NCBI GenBank assembly: GCA_037447605.1 | Contig: CM074818.1 | Span: forward strand, 2,244,617 to 2,308,616 | Direction of reading: 5' to 3' | Length of the DNA stretch: 64,000 bases | From: Zygnema circumcarinatum SAG 698-1b | Lineage: Eukaryota; Plantae; Zygnematophyceae | Shown here: piece by piece, positions 25,207-38,702 of the stretch | How the letters are laid out: each line of letters starts with the position of its first letter | How positions within the stretch are numbered: the stretch's first letter is position 1 | The notes under the pieces: generated by a model | Seen by the model: only the letters and a program-made list of their open reading frames with translations | The model's database searches: none | What the model was told of the DNA's origin: nothing | Program-made: the position numbers and the translations under genes

Positions 25207-28200
25207 GAGAGAGACTGACCTCGTGGAGACGATTTCCAATTTCTTCAGTCGCTTTTAAGAGTTGCACTGCTGTTTGAAGGCGGGGCTTTCCCTTCGGAGC
25301 TGTCGGATTGTTGCCCCCCTGCACCCTCTCAAGCGATGCTCATTTGAGTGCCAAGAAGCAAAGAAAGGGGAGAGGGAGAGGGAGAGGAAGAGGGAGAGGG
25401 AGGGGAGCCAGGAGAGAGCGAGAGCGAGAAAGAAACGAGAGGAGGCCAAGGGGAGAAAGAGATGGCAAGATCGAAAGTGAAGGAGAGAGGGAGAGGAGGA
25501 GGAGAGTGGGTCGGAGAGAGAAAGGTGGGAGATGCAGGCCCTGAAAAATTCTCACCAGAAATCTCTTCTCGGGAACCCTAAAAGCAGCTTCGCATATGTC
25601 TTTGGTCGGCACCGCCTTCAGCGTTGGAAGCACTCTCGCGAGCGCCTTCAATACAAAGACGACGATGGCGGGAGGCACCATGTTGTCGGCAATCTGAGCA
25701 GAGCAAAAGAGGGAGATGGAGAGGGGGAGGGAGGGAGGGGACAGAGAGAGAGAGAGGACAGAGGAGACACGTGAAGAGAGAGGAGAGTGAGAAAGCAAAA
25801 GAGAGTGAAAGAGGGGAAGGGGGAAGGAGAGAGAGAGAGGGTAAGAGAGAGAGAGAGACAGAAAGACCGAGAGAGAGAGGAAAAAGGTAAGGACTTCCTT
25901 TTGTTACTGTTTTCGAAGGAGATGGGAGATAAGTTAGATAACGGAGATTACACCTTAGAGAGCTGACCTCACTTCTGTGATGCAGGAAGGCGTGCCTCTA
26001 ACAAGAAGTCATATCTCCTTAACGAACTTAATGGAGAGAGGTAGAAGCAAAATAGATCGCTCCCTCCTCCACTCTCAACGCTTCTCTCGCCCTTGCCTCT
26101 CTCTCTCGCCTCTCCCCCTCACTTTTCCTCTCCTCTCTCTCATTCTTTCTCCGCACTCTCTTTCTTGTCCTTCCTGGATGGGAAGGTTGGGGTGCAACCA
26201 CTTGTATCAAATGAACTAAAATACATATGCAAGCATGGAGGTACTGCAAGGAGGGAGGGAGGGACGGAGGACAACTGATTCATTCGTTCATTAGTTTGGT
26301 ATTGATTGTATTGCTTAGAATTTATATTCGATAAATCGTTGTTGTTGCAGAGAAACGTTTCCTACTTTCCCAATATGAATGCATAGACAAATGCTCACTT
26401 TGCACATAGGCGCGAGCAGAATGGCTCCGTCCCAATAGCGAGGGTTCTCAAAGTGAGTTTTTAGAGCCACTGCGCCGCCCATCGACTCTCCGTACACAAA
26501 GCACGGGAGGCCCCGGAAGTTCTCTTGCTCTGAAGCACGGGGCGGGAAGGGCGTGCTTTAGCATGGGAGGGGGAGGGGGAGAGGGAAGAGGGGGAGAAAG
26601 AGGAAGAGGGAGAGGGGTAGAGGAGTGAGAGAGGGAGAGGGAGAGGGAGGGGGAGAGGAAGAACAGAGAGGGAGCGGGAGAGGGAGAGGGAGAGGGAGAG
26701 GGNNNNNNNNNNGGAGAGGGAGAGGGAGAGGGAGAGGGAGACTGAGAGGGAGAGGGAGAGGGCGAGGGAGGGAGAGGGGTAGAGTGGGAGAGGGAGTGGG
26801 AGTGGGAGGGGGAGAGGGAGAGGGAGAGAAAGGAGGGAGAGGGACAGGGAGTGGGAGAGGGAGGTGGAGAGGGAGTGGGAGTGGGAGAGGGAGTGGGCGA
26901 GCGAGAGGGAGGGACGCACGTCTGAGTGTGCGGGAGTGTTCGAGCACGTCCTGCGCGAGCGCGTCGAATCGGCGCACGAGCGCCTGAAGGCCCTGCGAGC
27001 GGCCGTGGCCCTCGTAGTCCATGCTCGCCACCGCCCACCGCTCGCGCGCCAAACGGACCGCCACGTCTGAAGGAGGGGCGAGGGGGGGAGAGGGGGGGAG
27101 GGAGGGAGGGAGGGAGGGAGGGAGGGAGGGGGGGGAGTAGAGTTTCAGGGGAGAGCGAGGGGGGAGGGAGAGTTTCAGGGGGGAAGCGCGAGAGAGAGGG
27201 GGAAGAGCGAGAGAGAGAGGGAGAAGAGAGAGAGAGAGGGCGAGAGTTAGAGAGAGAGCGAAAGTGGGGAAGGAGGAGCCAGAGAGAGAGGGGGGGGAGG
27301 GGAGAGACAGAGAAGGGGAGAGAGAGAGAGTGATATAGAGAGGGATTACCTTCAAAGAGGTAAGAGCAATTGTCGCCATATCCATGACAATAAAAAATGA
27401 GACCCTTGAATTGCCCATCCAGAGGGAGCCATTGCTTTGTGAGAATTTCAACTCCACGCGAGTTCACCACGTACTCCTGCACACAATTTAGAACAAGAAA
27501 AATGAAAAGGGAATTCCCTTTGACGTTTCCCGTTTTTCTGAATCGTTTGAAAATCGCTTGAAAGAAACAGTGAAAAGAAAATGGGAAATCGAAATATGTG
27601 TTCCGTTCCAGTTTCGAAAGATGTTGGTGAGAATTATTCATCTTTATATCGTGTAAAAATGCAAACGTTAGATATCAGCCGCATCGCACCTCGTACGTCT
27701 TTACTCCATTCTTTGCCTGCAAAAGACATTGAAAAGAACAAAAAGATGACTGAGAGCTGAGATAGCTGAGATTTGGTATAAACTGAACCGAGGGAGGGAG
27801 GGAGAGAGACCGACACGGATCAGCAGAGATGATGAGAGGGAGCAAAGCGAGGTTAGTCGGAAGACGACAAGGAGAGTGATTGAGAGTGGGAGAGTGAAAA
27901 AAAGTAGGAGTGGGTGAGAGAGTGAGAGAGAGAGAAAAGATTCAAATTACTCGTGTGCTAGAGCTGCCCTAACTATACGCGTGGCTGAATAACTACAACA
28001 AAGACATTGAGGGTGGGAGAAAGAAAGAGAGGGAAGGTGAGAGGTTGGGCGGGAGACCGAGAGAGAGAGAAAGAGGAAGAGAGAGAGAGAGAGTGTCCCG
28101 CACATAGTAATGCACGCCCTTACTGCACTGCTTGTGCGCGGCCCTGCGGCCCGCCTCCCAGTCCAACGGATCCGGCCGAGGGAGCAGCCACCGCTTCACT

Positions 28201-28256
28201 GCGTACAGGGCCGGAGCCGCCGCAGCCACCAGCAGCCATTCGAATGGGAGTCCCAT
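24668..28256 (-). CDS. Monoacylglycerol lipase / CSE-like alpha/beta hydrolase (paralogue 2) with N-terminal hydrophobic anchor, 8 exons
   Basis: Exons 28256-28104, 27716-27690 (27 nt), 27476-27350, 27066-26920, 26529-26399, 25693-25556, 25318-25220 and 24976-24668 join in frame. Motifs: NSRGVEILTKQW, CHGYG, DYEGHGRSQG, GESMGG, KPRLQTA, LHGEAD, WHALIAGEPD. Confidence 0.92.
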
Positions 28257-30433
28257 CGCTCTCCCTCCCACTCTCTCTCTCCCTCTCCCTCTCCCACTCT
28301 CGCTCTCGCCCTCTCGTGCACTCCCTTTCGCTCTCCCACTCGTCTATTCTCCCTCTCCCTCTCTCTCTCCCTCCACCCCTCCGTCTCTCCCCCTCTCCCC
28401 CTCTCTCGCCCTCCCCCTCCCTCCCTCTCCACCTCTCCGCTTTCTCCCCCTCTCCTCTCTCTCCCTCTCGGCCTCCCTCCCTCTCCCTGTCCCTGTCTCT
28501 CCCTCTCCCTCCGCTGCTCCGCAAACGCAGGAAAAGCTTTGTTCAAAAATGCGCTTCCAAGATCTTGGTTAAGGGCCGCCAAAACTGGACGCTGCCAAAT
28601 GCCATTTAGTGCGAACTTCCAAAAATGGGGTAGATCTCGCAGTCCACCAATCCGTAAGCTCAAAATCATGTGCGAAAATACCGAAAATTGATACTCCGCA
28701 AAATTGGCACAGACGGGGGGAACATATCCTGGGAATCGGCAAAAGGTAATAAAGGATTTTCAAGGATACGAATTCTAGAGAAACTGAAAGAAAAATTGCA
28801 AATTTGTTTAAAGTTTTTTTTTTGTTGCCCGTTAACATCTACTGCCCTAGTACCAATGAGGTTGGACACATCAAAATTAAAGACTTTGAAAAACTGGTTT
28901 TAAATTTTTTTATTTTGAGAAACCAAAATCTTAAATTTTTTTTTTCTCAACATGTTCGGTTTCATGGTTTGTTTACTATTTTCCTTTTTTTGATAATCTA
29001 ATCCTTTTTCAATGCGAATCCAATGCGAATCCAGTTAAACCCTGAACAATTAACTCCTTCAATTTCGATTTCAATTTCGATTTACTTTGCATCCACTGAT
29101 CAACAATGAGATTTCGGCAAATCGCAAAGCGCTGGACCCATTTCTGGTTTGAATTGCCGTACGATGGTGGAATATATTTGTACCGTACGGTTTCTAGGTG
29201 ATCTGGCGGAAAAAGTCGCACGGTGAAAATTTGGCCGGAATTAAGGACATCCCTCAGACTGCGTGAATCTTACGTGGCAAAATGTGAAATCAACACGTGT
29301 AAGAAAAATATTGAACTTCTGAACTTTTTTTCATATTTGAAGTTCTCAAGTGTCAAAAACATTCGATTTGACTGTTCAAAAGTTCAACTGAAACTTTTTT
29401 CTGTTTTTTCAATTGAAAATTGGACAATTAAGTTAAAAGATGTTCGATTTCTCAACCTGATTGGTAGAGGACATTGTACAAACGTAAGGATAGTTATTTT
29501 TTTTTACGGTCAGACAATATGCAATCCTGATTGGTTCAATGCTTCACGGTCAGAAAACCGTGAGAACTCAAAACAATTTTTTGCAACCAAATTTGTGAAT
29601 TTTTTAGTCAAGGAATATTCATCACAGCGCCGCCCAATTTCGTGGACAGGACGTGGCACGCTCTAAGGCCCACGTACTGCCACGTGGTAGTTCATTTTTT
29701 CGCCATGTGGCAGCACTATTTTCACCGACATTTGAGCAGCCAATCAGCGCCGACCTTGACTTGACCTCTTTGTCAAAATCGACCCTGATTGGTTGATGTT
29801 TTTGTCTTACTATGCTGATGTGTACATCAAAATCCTCCAGATGGGAATGACGTGGCTGCCAAATCAACGGAGTCACCTGAAGTTTCTGGGAAAGTCCGTA
29901 CGGTCATGACCCAGAGCGGGCAGGTTCCATGCTGCGTCATTTACAGTTACAGTGCCTGTGACACTGTCACCAGCATAGATCCTGTCCTCTCTTGGCTGGA
30001 TGTGACCGGCATCACGCTTGTCCAACACGACGGCATTTTTAACAAAAAAAATAGTGACCGTCGCTCAATGAAATTGTGTCACGTAAGCAGGTTTACACGC
30101 GGCAGACACGCAGTGGCTGTTGTGAGATAAAATGTACCTATTCTAAATAGAGACGAACTGTACGAAACCAGATGGGAATTTATTCCAAACGTGGAGCCTT
30201 TGAGCCTTTCCCTTTCTCCAAATTGCGACCCAAAAAAACAAAACAGTCCAGCTTCCACCAATAGGAATTCGCCACGTGTCAGACGTGATGACATGACATC
30301 TCGTCATTGGTGGGCGTGACTACGGAAATTCGTACAGAAAGTACAAGTATGTACGGCAATGAAGTTTCGTTAGGTAAACGGTATTTTAACGTCCGTACGG
30401 ACATCTCTCCTCGCCTTCTCTCTGCTCCAATCC

Positions 30434-31225
30434 ATGGCGCCTCTGAAACTGCTCGCCATCTGCGCTGCGCTTCTCTTGAACCACGCGGAGGCAGGTTTGT
30501 AAAAAAACATGGGTTTTAAAGGATTTTTTTTCTAAAATACGGGTTTTTTTTTCTCGGGAAATTGGAAATATTTGGAAATTAGCCTGCCTACTTTATTGAA
30601 GCTTGTCTGCAGATTCCTACCTCTCGCAATTGACAGCTCTCTCTCCCTCTATTTATCTCTCTTCTCCTCTGCGCTATCACTTCCTTTATCTCTCATCCCT
30701 CGTTCTGTACTCTCATCAATTGCACTTCCGCTCCCTTTCTCTTTCTCCCAATCTCTTGATCCCCGTCAAATTTCGTTCTGCCCAACCTTCATCCCCAATT
30801 TAACTTCTCTCCTGCATCCATCCTGCCTCCCTCCCTCCCTCCCTCCCTCCCTCCCTCCCNNNNNNNNNNGAGGGAGTGGGGGAGGGAGGGAGTGAGTGGG
30901 GGGTGGGAGGGAGGGAGTGGGGGGGGAGGGAGGGAGTGGGGGGAGGGATTCAGGGTAGGGTAGGAGGGAGAAAGGTGGGGGAGGGAGGGAGGGAAATGGG
31001 GAGAGGGTTGGGTTAACCAAGTGCTAGATGGATACCTGAATTTTTTTATCTCCTATTTATTTACCTTTCAGGCCTATGTAGGAATTTCGGAGCCCCTAAA
31101 TTCGGTCGTGGTTGCATTTCGCGGAACCCGACAACGGAGTATCGTTAATTGGGTGGCGGACCTTTATCTTTTGGAGCTAAATTTAAGCTATCCGGGAGTT
31201 GATAATGCTCTTGTACGGCTTCTCC

Positions 31226-31275
<50 letters not shown>

Positions 31276-33584
31276 TCGTGCTCGCTCTCCCCTCCCCCAT
31301 CCTCCTTATACCACTCCTTTTTTCCTCTCTCGCTTTCTCTCCCCTCTCTTTCCCACTTCCGCCCTTGACTTCCGCTACTTCCTCCTTCTCCCTCTTTCCC
31401 TCTCCTCTACCCACTCCACTCTCTCTTACAAGGGGCAAATTTTTGAGCCTCTAAACCCTATTTCCATAAATTCTAATCAAGTGTCCAAAAAAGCCCTACA
31501 CTTTTACACTTCTTCAAGCCTAATCTGTCGAACCCTACAACCCTACGCTACCACAACCATACAACCCTGCACCCATAAAATGTTGAAAACCCTAAACCCT
31601 GTATCCCTAAACCCAACCCTAAAATCCTAAACCTAAACCCTTCGACCCTAGACCCCATATTTATAAACCCCAAACCCTTCAATCCGAAACCCTAAAGCCC
31701 TACACCCTAAACCCTTAAAACCCTGCACCCTAAACCCTTAAACCCTATACCCTTCCTTAAACCTTAAACCCTAAACCCTTATTCGAAACTCTAAAGCCCT
31801 ACACCCTAAACCCCTAAAACCCTGCACCCTAAACCCTTAAACTCTATACCCTATACCTTAAACCGTAAACCCTAAACCCTGAATCCTATACCCTAAATCC
31901 CTAAGCCCCTACACCCTAAACCCCGAAAACCCTACACTCTACCCCCTACATCCTACCCCCTACACCCTAAACCCCTAAAACCCTAGTCCCTAAACCCCTA
32001 GACCCTACACCCTACACCCCTAGACCCTAGACCCTAAACCCTACCCCCTACACCCTAAACCCCTAGACCCTACACCCTACACCCCTAGACCCTACACCCT
32101 AAACCCTACCCCCTACACCCTAAACCCCTAGACCCTACACCCTAAACCCTACCCCCTACACCCTAAACCCCTAGACCCTACTCCCTACACCCCTAGACCC
32201 TACACCCTACACCCTAAATCCTAAACCCTAACCCCCTACTCCCCCCCTTGCCCAGGTCCACGGCGGGTTCTACGCGGCGTACCACAACACGAGCCTGCGC
32301 GAGCGCATCGCGGCGGCGGTCGCGGCGTCACGTCACGCGCGGCCGTCGCTGGGCGTCGCCGTGACGGGACACTCGCTCGGGGCCGCGCTCGCCTGCCTCT
32401 GCGCGCTCGACCTCACGGTGGGGCCCCCGTAAACCTAAAACCCTAAACCCTGCACCCTAAACCCTAAACCCTAACCCTAACCCTAAACCCTAAACCCTAA
32501 ACCCTAAACCCTACACCCTAAACCCTAAACCCTACACCCTAAACCCTAAACCCTGCACCCTAAACCCTAAACCCTAAAACTCTAAACCCTACACCCTAAA
32601 CCCCTAGACCCTACACCCTACACCCCTAGACCCTACACCCTAAACCCCTAACCCTGCACCCTAAACCCTTAAACCCTATACCCTTCCTTAAACCCTAAAC
32701 CCTAAACCCATCATCTTAAAGACGGGCAGGTGAACCTGAACATTCCCGACATCCACGTCATGACTTTCGGGCAGCCCCGCGTGGGAAATAAAGCTTTCGC
32801 GGAATATTTCGATGCCCGAGTTCCGAACAGTGTGAGGATGACGCACGGCCATGACGTGGTGGTGCATCTCCCGCCGATGATAACGTCAGCAGGCCTCTTC
32901 TCCTACTACCACACGGCAACGGAGGTAGAGGGGCACTTTGGGGTCATTTTTTAGGGTTTAGGGTTTGGGAATTTTTTTAACGTAGTTTTTACAATGTTTT
33001 ACGAGGTGGAGTAGGGCAGGATTTAGGGTTTTTAGGATTCTTAGGGTTTAGATTTTTGAGGTTTTAAGGTTCTTTAGGGTTTCCGTTTTTTTATAAGGGC
33101 GTATAGAGTTTTAGGGTTGGCTTCTGTTTTCATTTTTATATACCATTAGATATATAAATATTTTTTTTTAATTTAAATTTTATAATATTTTCCGGTGCAG
33201 GTTTGGACGTACAGCATCGGGCCGGGCAAGTTCAGTCAGTTTGAAGTTGAGCGAATTTGCGATTCGTCGGGGGAAGACCTCCAATGCAGCCGGTAAACTC
33301 ATTAAATTTGAGGTCTATTTGTGGAAATAATTCTCTAAATGATCGTGTTCCTTGAAGGTTTTTTTCTTAATTTTTTTGAAAGGTTTTATCAAAAGGAACG
33401 ACGAGCTTCGTTAGAAGTTCGTGCAGCGAACCTGGACTGTTTTTTTTTTTGGAGTTGTGAATGAATCTGGACGCGATTTGGGTGCAGGTCCGTTCCCGGA
33501 AACAGCATCTCCGACCACTTGCATTACCTCGGCGTGCCGTTGAACTTTAATTATGAGGCGGCCGGAGAGGAGGGGGTCTCGTGA
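30434..33584 (+). CDS. Secreted class-3 (fungal-type) lipase; one or more internal exons probably lost in the N gap at 30860-30869
   Basis: Exon 30434-30494 encodes a signal peptide (MAPLKLLAICAALLLNHAEA). Further exons: 31072-31212 (VVAFRGT...NWVADL), 32256-32417 (VHGGFY...VTGHSLGAALA), 32730-32924 (TFGQPRVGN...HDVVVHLPP...YYHTATE), 33201-33292 (CDSSGEDLQCS) and 33488-33584 (SISDHLHYLG). Confidence 0.9.
31588..32708 (+). repeat. Degenerate telomere-like (CCCTAAA)n arrays filling two lipase introns (31588-32240 and 32432-32708)
   Basis: Runs of ccctaaa, ccctaca, ccctaga and ccctgca on both sides of exon 32256-32417. Confidence 0.92.
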
Positions 33585-33599
33585 GAGGCCTCTCGCCGT

Positions 33600-33805
33600 G
33601 GGTTGACTTTCTTGACTTTCTGGTTTGACCATGTTGACCTCGTTGATCTCGCTGACTTGGTTGACTTGGTTGACTTTCTGGTCGGTCTGGTTGGCTATGT
33701 CTATTTAGGTCTGCTTGGTTGGTCTTGTTGACTTGGTCGATCTGGTTGGCCCGGTTGACCCGGTTGACCCGGTTAACCTTGTTGACTTAGTTGACTTCGT
33801 TGACC
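33600..33805. repeat. Degenerate 9-bp minisatellite (GTTGACTTG-like) just after the lipase stop; related short array at 1873-1921
   Basis: Repeated ttgacttgg, ttgacccgg and ttgactttc units with a 9-bp period. Confidence 0.7.
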
Positions 33806-34808
33806 CATTCTTTCCGTTCTTGACTTGGAGTAGAGGGCTTCGCTGTACCATGAATTTCAAAAAGGTCATTCTGTAGGTTTAGATCTCATTTCTTTTTTTT
33901 TTGTAACGATCAAATTCTTCTTTTATTTTTTATTCTGTGTTATAGGCTTCGTTCCTTTCATTTTAATTTTCCCGAGTTGGGTATTGGACAGAGAGACATT
34001 CGGATTCTGTGAATTTGAGACAAAGAAAAGATGAATTTGACATAGAATTTTGGAAATGTCAGTTTCAGTTCAGTGCAACAGTTCTATGCCTGCGCCTGTG
34101 CTGAAGTTTGACTCTCGATGAAGTTGGCATTCTTTATCAAAGATTTTGATAAAGTCAAAAAGTTCCAAAGTCAAAAATCAGTTTCCATTTACAGAAATGC
34201 ACCAAACAGGTCGAAACCTGAAGTGGACCAGCCAACTGTTGGTTGGCAATGGTTGGCTCACATGGCTGGTCCGCCCAACCGTTGTCCCGACCATTGGCAG
34301 TGCTGCCTGGCTGGGCCGCCAACCAATGGTTCCAAACTTTCATTGGCAATGGGTTGTATCACTTTGCTGGTCCACCCAACCGTTGGTTCAATCATTGGCA
34401 ATGGCTGGCTGGCCCGCCAACCAAAGTTCCAACTGATGACCAATGCGCCAACGCCCCTTTCTATGCACGTTCCTTTTTCAGTTACCGTTTGGAGTGTAGT
34501 ACCGTACGGCACAGCAGCGAACTGACGCGTGAATGGATCCATGGCACTGTACGGCACAGATACCGACAAAATCAAACAAAGAAAATTTCTGCGAAATGTC
34601 GCTTTATGACGACAAAATTGCGACGTTTCGTCGGACCTTCCATCCCGTCTGATCGTAACTTTACCTCATACGACAAAATTTCCGCCCGCTCCACGTGGGC
34701 CGCGCACCATTTCCCGCATACAGTAGTCAGTACACTTCAAACAACGACTGTCTTTAGTGTGCCACGTGGCTTAGTCCAACGGGACGACAGGCGCTCAACG
34801 CATGTGAC

Positions 34809-35176
34809 TATAGATCCGTATTATACACTTTGAGGTTCGATACAATGTATAATACATACTGTATTATACACTGTATAATACCTTAACGCAACTGTTAACA
34901 GCCGTACAATGAGAACATAGATCCGTACGGAAATTAGGTACGGAATGGGTGTACGAACCTGTACGGACCAAGTCACACGTGTTGAGTGTTTGGCAAGTGA
35001 CGTGACTTGGCAAGTGCTGGAATTTCAATATTATAATCAAATTTTGTTCAACTAACCACGAAAATAAAAAAAATACGTTAAATACATTAAAAATACACTG
35101 TATTTTTAAAATGTTGTATAATACGCATGTATTATACAGTGTATTAATACACGCGTTTGATACATACGGATCTATA
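34809..35176. mobile_element. hAT-like MITE (368 bp)
   Basis: CATGTGAC|TATAGATCCGTA ... TACGGATCTATA|CATGTGAC: perfect 12-bp TIRs, an 8-bp TSD (34801-34808 and 35177-35184) and subterminal tgtattataca repeats. Confidence 0.8.
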
Positions 35177-35670
35177 CATGTGACATGCCCTTCAAGAGGG
35201 TACCTGCTTGGAAGCTTCTAACTGATTACGTCATCATGACCGATCAGAGGCATGGAATCTGAAAAATTGCACCGTGACATGTGTGCTGACGTCAGCTAGA
35301 CGACACGTACGGTATTGGAAAATCAGAAGGTGACCTCATCACAATGGAAGATTCTCGATATCGATTGACAAGGAATGAAACTTCGTGCCCACCTTCGCGA
35401 AAAGGACAAATGTACCGTGTCGCGTAACGGAATCTGAAACATTTTTTCTGACCGTTAAAGTGAGGTGAAACGTTTTCCGAGCTGACCGTGAAATGATTGG
35501 TGTGTGACCGAGTTTGATTACCGGGCCGCGAACGGCTCATTTCTGATCCGGGCAGGTAAAAAATGTTCACCGCGGTCCACTAGGGAAGGAAATCCAGCGG
35601 GCAAATAAACATTTCAAACAACCAAAGCGAAACTATTTCGGGAGACCGAAAACGTTTCTGTCGTCTGCAC

Positions 35671-35678
35671 TATATATA
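35671..35678 (+). promoter_or_regulatory. Candidate TATA box of the SDR gene
   Basis: TATATATA about 190 bp upstream of the ATG at 35863, followed by a pyrimidine-rich leader. Confidence 0.4.
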
Positions 35679-35862
35679 CCGCGCGAAAGAGCCCACTCTT
35701 CACTTGGCTTCTTTCTTTACTGTTAATTCTGCCCGTGAAAGAAGACATTCACGAAGAAAAACTATTTCTTTTTTAGTCCAATTTTCGGGAGATCTCTTCC
35801 TCCAAAAGCTTTTGCTCTGATCCTTCGATTTAAAAAAGAAAGAAAAAAAAAAGGGGAAGAAA

Positions 35863-37891
35863 ATGGCCAGCATTGATACTAACAATTTATTTTCCGTGAA
35901 GGGCAAAACTGCTCTCATTACGGGCGCCTCCTCGGGACTTGGCGAGCACTTCGCGCACCTTGTAAGATAATTTTTTTTTAATACGTTTATTAAATCTAAT
36001 GAAAATTTTATGAAATATTTGCTGTACATTCATCCTTTCGTTTTTCGTTCACTTTCTTTTTGCGACTGCATTTCACTATCGTCTCTTTCTCCCTTCCCCC
36101 TCTTTCATCATCCCTCTCTCCCCCCTTCCCATCTCTCTCACCTTCCCCGTCCCTCCTCATGTCTCTCTCTCTCACCCTCCCTCCTTCCGTCTGCCTTTCT
36201 CCCTTCCTCCCCCTCTCCCTCTCTCTCACCCTCCCTCTCTCGCACCCTCTCTCCGTATCTTCCCTCTCCCCACCTTTCCCTCTCTCTCCGTCTCACTCTC
36301 CCCCTCCCTCTCCCCCTCCCTCTCCCCTCCCTCCCTCCCCCTCTCTCTCCCCTTCTCTTCCCTTCCTCCCTACCCCTCGCTCTCACCCTCTTTCCCCTTT
36401 CTTTCCCCCCCTCACTCCCACCCTCTCTTCCCCTCACCCTCTCTTTCTCCTCCCCTCCTTCCTTCCCTCCCCCCTACCTTAACCCCCTCATCCTCAACCC
36501 ATCTCCCTCTCTCTCCCTCTCCCTCCCTCCCTCACCCCCCCCCCTCCCCTCCCTTCCCTCTCTCTCTCCCTCCCTTCCCTCTCTCTCTCCCTCCCTCCCT
36601 CCCTCTCTCCCTCCCTCCCTCAGCTCGCCAAGTCCGGCGCCAACGTCATCGTCGCCGCGCGCCGCATCGACCGCCTCAACCAGGTCGTCGATGACGTCAG
36701 CAAGCTCCATTCGACCAATCCCGAGGCAGGAAAGGCCGCCGCGATCGCTCTTGACGTCACGGCCGGCGAGGCGGCGATCGCGGGCGCTGTGGAGGAGGCG
36801 TGGGGGAAGTTTGGACGGATCGACATCCTCGTCAATAATGCCGGTAAGGGAGTCTCTCTCGCTCCCTCCCTCCCTCCTCTCTCTCTCTCTCTCTCCCTCT
36901 CTCTCTCTCTCATTCGCCCTCTCTGTGTCTCTCTCCTCCCTCCCCCCTCTCTCTCCCTCCCGCTCTCTCTTTCTCCCACTCTCCCTCACCCTCTCTCTTT
37001 TCCCCACTCTCCCTCACCCTCCCTCTCCCTCCGTCCCTTTCCCACTATCTCCCCCCCTCTCTCTCTTTCCCCCTTTCTCCCTCCCTTCCCCCCCCTCTCT
37101 CTCTCTTACCCTCTCTGTCACACAGGCTTATGGCGAAAACAATTTTTTTTATGAGAGAACGAAGGGCTTGTATATGAGAAAAAACCTAGGTTTTTGGGGA
37201 AAAACATGGGAATTTATTGATTTAGAAGGTAATGAGATGTGATTGAATGGTTGATTTTTCGATGAGCTCATTAGTTTATTGAAGGGATTGATTCAAGTTG
37301 AGGGCAGATGTCATGGGTGAATGGGTGGATTTCTGCTAGCTGGGCTGGAGGGAGAGGCAACGGGGAAAGAGAGAGAGAGAGAGAGTGGGATAGAGGGAGT
37401 GAGGGAGCGACGAAGTGAGAGAGAGAAAGGGGGAGGAAGGGCAGAGAAAGAGAGGGGGGGGGGGAAGAGAGGGGAAGAAAGGGAGAGGGAGGGTGAGAGA
37501 GAGAGTATCCCTCCTAGCTTTTCCAACTGTACTCTCTCCTGCCCCTTATTTCATTTCATTTTTTCCTTCTCCCTCTCCTTCCTTCTTCCCAGGGGTATTT
37601 TTGGCCGGGCCCGCTCTTGACCTTCCGGAGTCGGATTGGGACACAACCTTCAACATCAACGTGAAGGCCGTTTGGATGATCTGCAAGGAGGTCGCCAAAA
37701 AGATGGCGGCGGACGGGCAGGGGGGCAGCATTGTAAATATTGCGTCCTGTGTGGGAAATCCGGGAGGAGTGATGCCCGGGCAGAGCATCTATGCGACGTC
37801 GAAGGCCACGGTGCAGCACCTCACTAAGCAGTAAGGGGACGAAACCTCTCTCTCTGTCTCTGTCTCTCTCTGTCTCTCTCTGTCTCTCTCT

Positions 37892-37958
<67 letters not shown>

Positions 37959-37975
37959 CTCTCTCTCTCTCTCGC

Positions 37976-38007
<32 letters not shown>

Positions 38008-38702
38008 CTTGTTTCTCTCTCGCTGTGTGTCTCCCTCCATGTCTGCCTCTCGTCCTCTTGTCTCTCTTTTTTCTCGCGTTTCCTTCTTTCTCTTTGGCTC
38101 TCTATATCTCTGTCTACATCCCCCTCTCCCTCTCTTACCCCTCCCTCCCTCACCCCCCTTTCCCCCACCCCCATCCTCCCCCCTCCCGCTTCCACCGTCC
38201 CCGTCCCTCGGTCCCCACCTTCTCCTCCCTTCCCCCCCCATCCCCCTACCCCTTCTAACCCTCTCCCCCCCCCCTCCTTCTCCCCCTACCCCTCCTAACC
38301 CTCTCCCCCCTCCTTCCTCCTTACCCCTTCTGCAACCTCTCCCCCCTTGCCTCCTCCCCCTACCCCTCTGAGCCTCCCTCTCCCTGCACCTCCCTCCTCC
38401 CCCTGAGCTCTCCTCTCCTGCCCCCCCCTCCCAGCCTCGCCTTGGAACTCGGTCGGTCCAAGATCCGCGTGAACTCCCTCTCCCCGGGCGTGTTCCCCTC
38501 CGAGATGACCGGCGGCATCCTCCCCCTCCTCGAGCCGTACTTCGCGAAGAGCCATCCTCTCGGCCGCGCGGGGGACACTGCGAGGGACCTCGACGGGCCG
38601 CTGCTGCTGCTCGTCAGCGAGGCGGGGGCTTACGTCACCGGAGCGAACATCACAGTGGACGGGGGGTCATCGATCATTTTGGTGCCTCTCATCGAAGGGT
38701 AG
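35863..38702 (+). CDS. Classical short-chain dehydrogenase/reductase (FabG/3-oxoacyl reductase-like), 4 exons
   Basis: Exons 35863-35961 (TGASSGLG), 36624-36843 (AARRIDRL, LDV, DILVNNAG), 37593-37830 (GGSIVNIAS, YATSK) and 38435-38702 (IRVNSLSPG, YVTGANITVDGG) join in frame. Confidence 0.93.

Noticed and set aside
31588-32708. True telomere or chromosome-fusion site
   Set aside because: The arrays are degenerate, lie within introns of an intact gene, and show no head-to-head junction.
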